Positions 48,691 through 59,768 of a stretch of 64,000 bases of DNA are shown piece by piece. A program made the translations under genes and the position numbers. Source of the DNA: Neoechinorhynchus agilis (taxonomy: Eukaryota; Animalia; Acanthocephala); the NCBI GenBank assembly GCA_051530055.1, contig CM121341.1, positions 5,868,784 to 5,932,783 on the forward strand, read 5' to 3'. Under the pieces are notes generated by a model that was not told where the DNA came from, made no database searches, and was given only the letters and a program-made list of their open reading frames with translations. How positions within the stretch are numbered: the stretch's first letter is position 1; each line of letters begins with the position of its first letter.

Positions 48691-49873
48691 TTTGTCTAAA
48701 ACTAAAGAAGACTTACCTTAATACCGACATGAGCAGCGCTTAAAAACCGAGAAACGCGAGAAGGGAGCCGTACGCAAAATAGTCATCAAAGAGGAGGAGC
48801 ATTGTATAGTCAAGCAAAAACACGGGGTTTCTTGTGAAGAAAGAGTGTTATACGTAAAATAACTCACGTAATAACCTCATTTTGACAGTGTGAAGATCAA
48901 ACTTAAAAGCTTTAGTGTCCTACAAAATGTTGAGACGAAAGGAGTTCAGAATACCCGATAAGACCATCGGTGCTACTAAAAATTGATGCTCAAACGGAAG
49001 CGAAAACGGCTCCTGCCGACAAATGGTCGTGAATTACAAAAAAATTCGTTAACGATTTTTTTACTATGCCTTTTTAAAGTGACTAAAATGGCATTGTCAC
49101 TTTGCGTTAGCGCAAAAACAACCCGTCTCGAGCTATTTTGAGACAGCCGAAAAGCTCTAAAACATTACTCACACAATGTATTGATTTCTACTCGAACTAT
49201 GCATCAATTCCCATGCTAGTTAACATCATCCAAAGTCAACCTTCTCAAGGGTACCAAAATAACCTTTCTTTTTTCTGGATTATAGAGGCTTTTCAATGGG
49301 AATTCATTTGTTTCCTTTGATACTGTGGTCTAGTTTATGACAAAAAACAGTCATTGTTCCAATCAATATCGGGCAAAAAGACGGGGCAGAATTAGGCACT
49401 AGAAGATTGCGTTGTCGATAAGAGTGCATTTGCACTATAAATGAGGATAAAAAGACGGTGTAAATAAAAAAAGCGAAATGGATAATTATGACTAGAAATT
49501 GATGATTATCTGAAAAGATGGGATAAAAGGGCAAGGAGAAATTTAAGACCGTTTCTAAGAAAATCATTAACCGCATAGTTTATCATTTGATCAACTGACA
49601 ATGTCTTTTGGAAGAACAACTAAAAATGAGTTATGTTGCTAACGGTGTACGCATCTGTTTCCTTCGTCTCTCTCTTGCAATGAACGATTCGATAAATTAG
49701 TTTCGAACCAAATTTAAAGTTCGATTCAAACATTCCACCATCATGATTTGGCACGTTTGTTTCTCGAATTTTTATCAGGCATAGAATCATATAAACGCGT
49801 TCGGGTTATCGACCAGAGCAGCACGTAGCGCTCCAGGAGTCTTGTGAGGGGATGTCTTACAGATTAGATTCAA

Positions 49874-51394
49874 ATGCAGAGCAAAAATCATTACAATCTA
49901 TGTTTGTTTGTATTCCTTTACGTCCTTACAACGATTGTCTACATTATTTGCGAGGAGATGCTCATTTATGAACAGATTGCAAGCAGACCCCTGTCGAACG
50001 TTCAACGAGATGCAGCCAAGTTCCAACTCCATCAGGACGTCTGTCTAACGATTCCAGCGATCCTGGTGCTAGTGATCTTTGCCAATCACTCAATTAATCT
50101 GAAATTGCTCGTTATCATTAGCTTAGGCGCCCGTATAGTGAGCGCATTATGCAGCCTTCTAACAGCATACCACCAACTTCTTCCATTAGAAAGCCTAGTT
50201 ACGCTCTGTTGTCTTCGTGGTACTCTTGTTCCTTCCGTTCATTTGTTCGCTGCAATCATCGGCCATGTAACCAAACACTCAAAAATCTACGATCGATCCA
50301 TGAACCTCGGTCTAATTGAAGGTGCCATCTTGCTCGGATCCGGATGTGGTTATATCGTGGCGGGAGTAATCACCACGTTCTGTAATCCTAATAAAACTAC
50401 AACTCCTTTTACTATCGTTCTTACCTTATATTGCTTCTCTGGCCTTTTGGTAATAAAGACAATTGAAAACAAAGAGCCAATAGCCATCAAACAACCAGGA
50501 CTACGATCGTTAATGATTCCGTCGATCATTTTGCACAAGAACGGTCAAATGATTGACGGAGATAAATGACGCTTTCAACGAAGGCGACAAGCCATCGATA
50601 CCTTACTTACTCTATTTTACAGCTATGGCTCATGCACTGCTAAAATCCGGATACGCTTCTATAATTTATCTTTACCTGCGAAGAAATCCACTTAATTTTA
50701 GTCAAATAGAGTATTGAAGGACTACTGTCAAGGTTAGATGAAACTCATTTGGAAAAAGATCAAGTTTAGTTAAAATAGAAATGATTACGAATCGTTGGAA
50801 ATCTCGAATAATGAGGTTATGGGCCCCCGAATCTTTAAAAGACAGTAGCTCTAGTACGGTTCGTTCCGTTCCCTTAAATCTTTATTCGCAGCGATTGGCT
50901 TGATAATTATGCTACCTTGGCTTCGTCGTAACCAAATTGACGAACTTTCTGTAGCGCTTGTAACAAACGTTGCCGTTGGTGTTCTATATGCTATTGGATC
51001 AACGAGTAGACCAGCGATATCCATCATCCCATTTGTCGGTATGCTATCTGAGCTTACAATTGTTTCTGTTAGACATCGTTTGGCGTCTATTTATCATCCA
51101 AACATTCATCAGTCCATCTTTAATTTCTTAGCTATACTTGAAACATGCAGTGTTCTGCTGGGAACATTCATCTTTACCGGCCTATATTCCATTTTGCCAT
51201 CCACAAAAGTATGGACGCTTTTCCTAGCTGGATCGCTATTAGTATCTACGATCCTTGCAATGACGATATGTAACGGCAAAAAAGCTAAGTTAGATGATGT
51301 ATCTTCGGACGATTTTTCAAATCAGAATTGTTATCGGATACACTACGAGAGTACTGATAATTTCTACTATTTAACCGACCACATCCTATTTTAG
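49874..51394 (+). CDS. SLC46/PCFT-like MFS transporter (3 exons; in-frame TGA at 50715-50717)
   Basis: Multiple TM segments, DRSMNLGLIEGAILLG, IYLYLRRNPLNF, HQSIFNFLAILETCS..LG. Exon 2 has a stop and a phase mismatch with exon 3. Confidence 0.7.
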
Positions 51395-52181
51395 TAATCG
51401 AATATAAGACGATTTTTTGTAGCTGCCTTGATTGAGAGAACAAAGAACCCTTTTATACCGGCACGTTCATTCTGAGATTTGCTGACTTACAATGTAAACA
51501 TTGCACATAAAAACATTTAAGATTGTCACATTATGCCGAAAACGAAATAGGCAAGACTTATTCGATCGGACCAAATAGTGGTGACATAAAGATACACAAT
51601 TCGCAATCGGTAAAGGGATTTTCATACATGCGATATGGATTTTCGCGTTTCCTTCTAAACGCATCCAATCTTGACCTCATTAAATTTCCGTTCTCGCAAA
51701 TTGTTCCTTAACGAATCAACGCCTCGCTGAGCCACGTATTCCCTAAATAAACTAAAACTACTATCGAAAGTTACAACATAAATGACGGGTTGTCATAAAA
51801 TGAATAGGGAATTTGGAAACCCTTTTTTACAGATTTTGAGCAAATTCGTAGATATTTTTGAACCTATTTGCCAATTCAACATTTTTACAATTCATCTACT
51901 AATCGATCTTGCAACAATACAATGAGCACCAGGCAAAATCGATAGCAAAAATCGCAGTATAAGTTTCTGGCTTCATATTGAGTGTCTGCAGTTATCAATG
52001 CCTTCAAACAAAATCGAAATAATTTGAGAACTAATTGAAAATTTTGATGTTCAATCCAGTCGTGAGTTCTTGGAATCACATGCGAATTTCTGACTGGACA
52101 ATAATCCTTTGTTTGAAGTATCGATAGTAAGTGGGGATTTTTTATTATCTAAAGTTGTGATTAAATCTTATAAAGTTTTCT

Positions 52182-52333
52182 GAACATCCCTTACTTGGCT
52201 TTTTTGGTTTTAGGCACACAGCCAACCGAAATCTTGGACCAGGGAAGTGATTTAAGCGATTCAATCACTTCCCTAAAGCAAGATGTCGGTTGGATGTGTG
52301 TCCAAAAAGGAAAAAGCTGAGTAAGGGATGTTC
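52182..52333. mobile_element. Degenerate MITE of the same family as 47461-47683
   Basis: GAACATCCCTTACT...AGTAAGGGATGTTC ends; internal GGCACACAGCCAACCGA and AGGGAAGTGATT/AATCACTTCCCT arms. Confidence 0.7.
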
Positions 52334-53662
52334 CATCATTTAATTCATATAACCGACTTGACAGTAGACATAAGAAAATTAAATCTCATGGTCCGGGGGG
52401 TCAACATAAGTTGTTGTTTTTTCGAAAATTTGCACATGGTTGGGTTTTTGTGATGCAAAAATCTTTATTCTATAGCTTTCACTGTCTTACATTTTAATCG
52501 GCAATTGCGTGTAAGTTATTTAAGAACTTTACTGTAATAAATTTAGCATTAAAGCAGCTCGCTCAAGTGTCCATTTAAAAATAAAACTTCGATTTTATGT
52601 TGGGATGAGTGATTGGCAATATGAGAAACGAGTTGAGAATTGATGTGAAGCAGCCATTTGTATAGGAATTACTTGTTTCGGTAAAGAAAAAGTTGTGGAA
52701 GGACAGGGTGATTGTTTTTTATGGGTTTTCGGGCACCGATAGAGGTCTACATAGTCAAAGATCAATTATGCGGCTAAAACATGAACTATTTCACAAAATT
52801 GTAGTTACAGAAAGACTTTTAAATTTCGTAGGTGTGTAGAACTTTAAAAATAATAATTTTTACTGCGCCATCAACGGCATTCTAATCAATTTCTCTTTTT
52901 TAGATTCAGATTACGACTATTGTGCCCGTCGTTTTGACCACAACACCGCAGAATCTATTAAATCGGTTTAAATGAAGTTAAGATTTTTAAAGTTCACTAC
53001 AATACTTACAAAAGTGGTTAATCACTTCTTAGAAGAGAGAGTCATGGACGCCGAAGTTGGTTTAATAGTTCTTCGCCATTGTAAGAACGATGGCCTATAA
53101 ATGCAAACGACACTGTCTCACATGCAATCGATATACTGACTTTTTTGATGAACATCGTCCACATGGATAATATTTTCCGCTTTTTTTGTACCATTGACAT
53201 CCAATCGTTTGATCTGAAAACGAGTTCGGTCTAGAAATAACAATTATAGAAAATCCCATCGGGATGGTAAATTTCGATAGCCACAATTCAAGATCTTATA
53301 TATTTTCCTAACCAAGACGCGTCCGAATGTTTCGAAGTTAGCACGAAATATATATGAGTTTACATTGTTTTGTTTTTAAACATTCGGTTATATTTGTAGA
53401 GTGATCAAACACGACAAGTTTATTACCCTTAAACCCTCCTAGATTTGGCGGGCGACCCAAAAGATGGTTAAGTTCTTAAAAGCATAACCGTAATCTATTT
53501 TTTTGACCAAGTTTTTCCTTATTTCTTATTGATCCAGTGCACCTTAAAATAAAATTCCTAAATTGCAGTCGCTCAAAGAATTTCCTTGTCGAAAACACCC
53601 ACAAATACTCATCACTCTGAATAAACAGTTATAATGCGCCAAAAAGTTGAAATATTATTTGT

Positions 53663-55240
53663 TCAGTGCAATGAGCTGGAAATTGAATCTAGCAATGAGT
53701 CTGTTTCGCCAATTGTTTTTGCCTTTTCAATAAGACAGTCGTAAATCTTCTTTAGAGGAATTCGTTGAAGTTTTCGATAGAAAACCGTAATTCTATTGGC
53801 CAAATGGTTATCATGAAACGTACAGTAGACGATATTTCGGCGACATATTGATGCAGCAATGACCTGGATCAGGAATTTCAGATCTACATCGCTCCCAAAA
53901 GCACCACATCCCCAATTACCCGTAGCGACTGCATTCACTGGATTATTCTGGAACTTGGGAGACGTCATAAACCCACAAACGGCCTTTATAATCTCCCGGT
54001 CAATTTTGGACTTTGCGTATTGACTGAATTTTGAACGTGAATAATTTAGAAATGACATCGGCGACGTCTTTCAGTTTTTCTCCATTTTCGTCGGTTCATT
54101 TGATAAAGAATCGATAGCGGTGTGATTGACCATAAACCGATTTTTGGCATCCTTAGGAATTGATGTATCCAACGACCTACCAATATATCGGAAGCTGCGC
54201 GAATACCCTAAGGTCGAAGCGAATTTTCTGGCACCAGTTATATGGATGCACTCGTTGTCCGTCATTGGGAAATTAAAGAGAATGGAAGTGAGCAACTCTG
54301 GAGCTCGACAGAACATGATCTCTTCTTGGACACATCCGCTTCGAAGAACACCGCCTCCAATGTTACGGTTGGCGAAATCGATTTGGACACAGGAAACAAA
54401 GCGTTCAATTAAAGCATCTGACGTTAACAGAACCTTAGCGATGAGCTCACATCTCGATACCATATTCTGGACATCGAATTCTCTATTTCCATTCGTCAGA
54501 TTCGCTCTGTAAAACGTTATTGAATAGTTGAGTTTGTCGGGATTTTCGATTTGGTACACGAAATAGTCAAGAATGCTGGCTAGTTTGTTGGACAGATACG
54601 ATTCACTCAGAAGTTTAAGGAGACTAAGGTGATTTGCGTTTCGCCGAAAACCTTCACACAAATAATGAGTTTCATCATTGAGTGTGTTAAAGAAAGCGTG
54701 AGTAAGAAGACAGAGGCACTGTCGAGCCGATAGTGTTAGAGCAATGTTTGAGGCCGGGTATAATGAAGGAATACGTTTTCCTGGACCAAATAACGCTGCG
54801 CCTTCAAGTGCCACATCAACCATTTTAGGCACAATGGTACAATAGAAATACCTTTCACTTGGAATTATGTTCCTGAACTGCAGTAGAGAAACAGCACTTT
54901 TAAGACCATCCAAATCACCGATGCCCACTTGCATTAAGTCCTTATAGAAGTTGAGAAGGTAACAAACGGGCGACAAAGTGCTAGTGCTCATGAGATTTAG
55001 CTTTAGACTGATTAGAAGATTAGTCAAGTAATTGTATGCGTCCAACTCCATCCATGGCATCATCATCATCATTGAACATGGCACTTCGTAGTTGGTACTT
55101 TGAACGGTCAAGTCAATGTTGATCGCATTCCCGTCAATCTTAAAAGGACACTCTGCACAACTGAACAAACTAAGCAGCATCTCGACCTGGGACATGTAAT
55201 CGGCAGGGACGTCGTCCATGATTGTTATATTCGTCGACAT
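53663..55240 (-). CDS. PARG: Poly(ADP-ribose) glycohydrolase catalytic-domain protein; in-frame TGA at 54071-54073
   Basis: QIDFANRNIGGGVLRSGCVQEEIMF catalytic loop, AIDSL, DREIIKAVCGF, VATGNWGCGAFG, KFLIQVIAAS. The two ORFs are in the same frame. Confidence 0.9.
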
Positions 55241-56745
55241 CTAATAAAAAAAAAGAATAAGAACTCAAACTATTTTGCAATAATGCCAATTTCCATATTC
55301 TAAGAAAAAATGTTCATCCTTTTGCTACTTAATGGTTCGTGAATCGAGGCAAATACTTTCCCGAAAAAAACAGTTTGAAAGTGATTCAATTTCATTCATG
55401 AGAAAACAAAACGATCAAAAAAACACAAACAATATTAACGCTGATTTTTTAAACCATTGTTAATCTTTCAAATGGATACTTTTAGACGCGTATCAATTTT
55501 CAGAGCGGCTTGAGATACAAAAAAAGGAATTTAGAAAATGCACTTAGTCCAGATTTTATTTGTTCGTCTCCAGGCAGCAATGAGATCGATAAAAGTTTAA
55601 AAAAATCCCTTCGATTTGTCACATTTAAAAAAGAATTCAATTTCAAAGGACTATACGTTTTTTTACTACGATTTAGATGATTTGTACGCGACTCGGGATA
55701 TTAGGTTTAGATTAAGCACAAGTCTAACTTTATACGTTCATTGAAAGTACAAAGAAAGGTCCTCATCCGTTAATATGGGAATATGCAGTCGAGGACGGTT
55801 CGTTCTGGAGGTAATATCTGGTCGGAGGGATGTCCGTTCGGGTAGGAACTATCCAGTCAAGGGATGCTCGTTCATTTGACCGAAACTGAATTGCAAAGTG
55901 CCATTTTCGAGTTCACCAAAGCGCATCGATTGAACAGAACTTGTGACACCTTTTGACCTGCTACGAATGGCCATCACTGTCATTAAACCTTTAAAGAGTT
56001 TACAAACATCCACGCAACCGCCTTTATGGATCTGGTGCTGTAACGGTCGAAAGAGCTCGGAACTTCATGAACCCGCTAACCTATATTTTGCTCTCGTTGT
56101 AGGCATAGCGGAGTCCAACCGTTTCTTATACGGTCCCAACATTTAGATAAATCACGACAGGGCAAAGATTTCGGAAAAAAATGAAACTTGCCAATCAAGA
56201 ACGCCGGAAAACAACAAAAGAACTTTTAAACCAAGATATCGCACTCACCATTCCGTGATTCATGAATGTGGAGTCTGACGATGTTAGTCCTGCCGTTTGC
56301 AGGAACAAACTAATGTTTTGTAGAAGAAAAGGCTCCTAATCTCGGATCGTAAAAGTGATTCCAGGTCACCAAACGTCCCGAGTGTCTCGACGCCAAATTA
56401 AACGACGTTAATGATCTCGACCAATATCACAATGTATTTGGTCCGTTTGCAGTCCTCAGCGGCGAGGAAATTGGGTTTTTGAACGTAAACCAAATTTGTT
56501 CGAGCCAAAATAATCACGGCCACACGAAACATGTTGACGTATCCGTCTTAGTTTTCTGAACGGAAACTTAGGTATTTTTTGTGATGATCAATAAAAACAA
56601 TGGTGGAATGTCGACGACGAGGCTCGATCCCATCAAGTGTCCAAAAATGTCCTTTCGCTTAATATTGCCGTTTTAGTCAAAAGAAAATCAATGCGAACTG
56701 AAATTAAATTTATGGACATAGTAAAGATGTTCATCATCAAAAACC

Positions 56746-56802
56746 TTTTTTATAGCGAATTATCAAATGATTTAATTTTATTCGATAATTCGCTATAAAA
56801 AA
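56746..56802. repeat. Perfect 19-bp AT-rich inverted repeat with 19-nt loop
   Basis: TTTTTTATAGCGAATTATC at 56746-56764 and GATAATTCGCTATAAAAAA at 56784-56802. Confidence 0.85.
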
Positions 56803-57090
56803 ATTTATGGGCATCATTACGAAAGCTGGCGAATGCAACATTCAAGTTCTAAGCAATGAATTCATAAAATCAGGCTCGATAATGATTTCAACGCATTGCT
56901 CAGCTTAAAGTTCTGAGAATCCGGAAAATTGCTTCCGGAAGAACGTAGGCTAAAAAATATTGGTTACTACGAATGCCATGCGATGGCAATCGACTAATTA
57001 AAACAGACAGTCCATCGCGACTCACTGATTCCAACTATTGTTCGATTGTCCCCATGGCTAATGATTTATTAAGGTTTGATCGTCCTTGAC

Positions 57091-57750
57091 CGTCATCCTC
57101 CGGATCCGCCATCCTCCGGATCCGCCATCCTCCGGATCCGCCATCCTCCGGATCCGCCATCCTCCGGATCCGTCATCCTCCGGATCCGCCATCCTCCGGA
57201 TCCGTCATCCTCCGGATCCGTCATCCTCCGGATCCGCCATCCTCCGGATCCGTCATCCTCCGGATCCGTCATCCTCCGGATCCGTCATCCTCCGGATCCG
57301 TCATCCTCCGGATCCGCCATCCTCCGGATCCGTCATCCTCCGGATCCGCCATCCTCCGGATCCGCATCCTCCGGATCCGCATCCTCCGGATCCGCATCCT
57401 CCGATCCGCATCCTCCGGATCCGCATCCTCCGGATCCGCATCCTCACCGTCATCCTCCGGATCCGTCATCCTCCGGATCCGTCCCCACCCATCCTCCGGA
57501 TCCGTCATCCTCCGGATCCGCCATCCTCCGGATCCGCCATCCTCCGGATCCGTCATCCTCCGGATCCGTCATCCTCCGGATCCGTCATCCTCCGGATCCG
57601 TCATCCTCCGGATCCGTCATCCTCCGGATCCGTCATCCTCCGGATCCGTCATCCTCCGAATCCGTCATCCTCCGGATCCGCCATCCTCCGGATCCGCCAT
57701 CCTCCGGATCCGCCATCCTCCGGATCCGCCATCCTCCGGATCCGTCATCC
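57091..57750. repeat. GC-rich 16-bp minisatellite (CGYCATCCTCCGGATC)n, about 41 units
   Basis: Two interspersed variants (GTC/GCC) plus a central block of 15-bp units; TGAC on both flanks. Confidence 0.98.
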
Positions 57751-58138
57751 TGACTTGAGTGTTCACTTGCTCAGGCGTTCACGAGGACCCAGAGATTCAT
57801 GGTTCCTCTTCGTTAAGAAAAAATAAATCGTGTTATTATTAATTGAAGTGAATGACGACACGGATCCACATCTTCTTTAAACGGGTACCTGGCCCGAGCC
57901 AACTGTCGGCGTTCCACATTCGACCCGTGAAGCTATCTCATGTGATCGTGTTCTATGCATTTCACCGGAACGACAAATTATGGTTGTAATAACTTTTAAA
58001 GGAGAAAAAGGGAACAAAATTTTCGGATTTATATCAGGGTTCATAATAAAGTGATCGTTTTGGTCAAGGATAGTTTGGAACACACTGATAAAAGCCGTGT
58101 ATCTAAGATCGATTTATTTTACGCTAAAGGCTAAATTC

Positions 58139-58691
58139 TCACTGGACATTCAATCTTTTCATCATCAAACCGACGGACAGACAGGACGTGAGTAGGGCTA
58201 CTGCAACCAAAAGACCACTAAGGAGATCAATGTTTGTGAACAAGAAGCTAGTCAATCCGAGTAGAATTGTGGCCGTAGAGCGCATAATGATTGCCTAAAC
58301 TGAGGTGATTATTGATACCAATATTCCGATACTTGCCTCATTAAGGTCATGGAAACTGAGATAGGTTACACTTGAACCAAACAGAAGAAGAAGACTCATT
58401 GTATAAGCCACGGCAGTGAATCCGTTTGATGGATAAGATAAATAGGAAGCTAATCCAAGGCAAATAAATGCAAGATCTTTGAAAAGCAAAACCACTGTGA
58501 TATGTGGATGGTGCTTGACGGTTGCAACGACCTGGATACCCAAAAAAGGTTAGATGATCTTTACATTTCACAGAGAAACTAACCTCATACCACACGATAT
58601 TTCTTTGTAATATGTACTCACAAAGACGAGAAAGCAGTAGTGGAAATGCTATAATCAACATAACTTTAAAGCAAACAAAAACCGAAGTCAT
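58139..58691 (-). pseudogene. TSPO/TspO-MBR-like membrane protein with an in-frame TAG (58295-58297)
   Basis: Exon 1 (58691-58584), 52-nt GT-AG intron, then WYE...HP..., LGLASYL, AY..SLLL, consistent with a divergent TSPO. The frame stays open for 52 codons after the TAG. Confidence 0.5.
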
Positions 58692-59768
58692 TGATGTGCT
58701 GCTTAGGATTTCTCGTCGCTACTCGTGGTCGTATCAATCACGAGAATTTTTTTCATCCAGTTTGAAAGCAACCACGTGACAAGTCACCATCTAAAGCCAT
58801 TAAAAGCTTTCGATGTGTCGTTTATCGATCTACTTTGAAACTTTTCTAGGAAAAGGCGAAGATGGAGCCCAGGAATTCCGGACTTGCTTTAAAAACGAGC
58901 TATTTTAAGCAGTCTTTTAAGATCATACTGACCGAGATTCAAGAATAAATTTCGTATTCTTTGGATTGAGAGAGCGAGAAAAAAAACGTAATTTGGACTG
59001 CGACTTAGTATTGGGACGATCTCAGAACATTAAAAATTGGGTTCATTCGCAATATTTGGAAATAACAATATTCAGTTTTTCAGACAGGAGCACTTGAAGA
59101 ACTAGTTCAGAAAATAAGAGTAAAATGATTAGGACTATCTTCAGCTAGTTTCTCAATGTTGATCGAAATCTCTAAGTGACATCTGACGTTATTGTAGTAG
59201 CCAGAAAGCTAGACGCCTCCTAATAGGTTCCCAGCGCCGCTGCGTCTCTCTCGGATCACAACGCCTCGTTATTTGTTATATATCTAGCAAAGTCGATGTT
59301 TCTGCAGCAGCGTCCATTTCAAACCGGAAATTTTATTGGGCTTATACTTAAGATCTTTTTTTTGAAGGATCCATAGATGTTTGTAGTAGGAAGTCTCGAG
59401 TACTTTTTTGCCTCCATAGAAAAAACTATTACTAGTCTAAAATGAGGACTCAATTACACAATAATTTCGAGTTTGTCTTTTTCAATTAAGCTTTTTAGAA
59501 GGATTAAGTTTTATGAGAATAAGTTGATATTGCATTCGCTTCTAAAGAGACAAAATAAATCTCGTGGTTAAAAAATTTGTTGGCTGGAAAATGAGGAGAA
59601 TAATACTTGATTTTTTGGTCAAAAGAGAAACCGGATTTTGAAATTTGGTACTTGCAAGTTGAAGTGTTTTTTTTGTGTGTACATATCAAAACAACGCATT
59701 GTGTTTTTTTGACGGAGGTTGCGATTTCGGTTTAATCGAATTGTTTGTTTTTTAGAAAAGATTCTAGA

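Noticed and set aside
49200-49420. Non-LTR endonuclease relic (PDIDWNN)
   Set aside because: A single short motif amid stops; insufficient to call.
54059-54122. Micro-inversion of an intron in PARG between ATCG/CGAT repeats
   Set aside because: Re-inverting destroys the conserved AID motif that is present in the current orientation.
55700-56700. Coding-like GC-richer patch between PARG and the minisatellite
   Set aside because: All frames are interrupted; weak resemblances to transferases were not consistent in order or spacing.
57076-57826. Pro/Ser/Arg-rich ORFs of 225 and 246 aa
   Set aside because: By-products of a stop-free 16-bp repeat, open in all frames, with non-ATG starts.
50715-58297. 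Alternative nuclear genetic code explaining the in-frame stops
   Set aside because: TGA, TAG and TAA all terminate conserved genes at the expected positions (SUGT1, MRPS11, ALKBH8 with TGA; EF-hand gene with TAG; MCM4 with TAA), and long ORFs lack internal stops.
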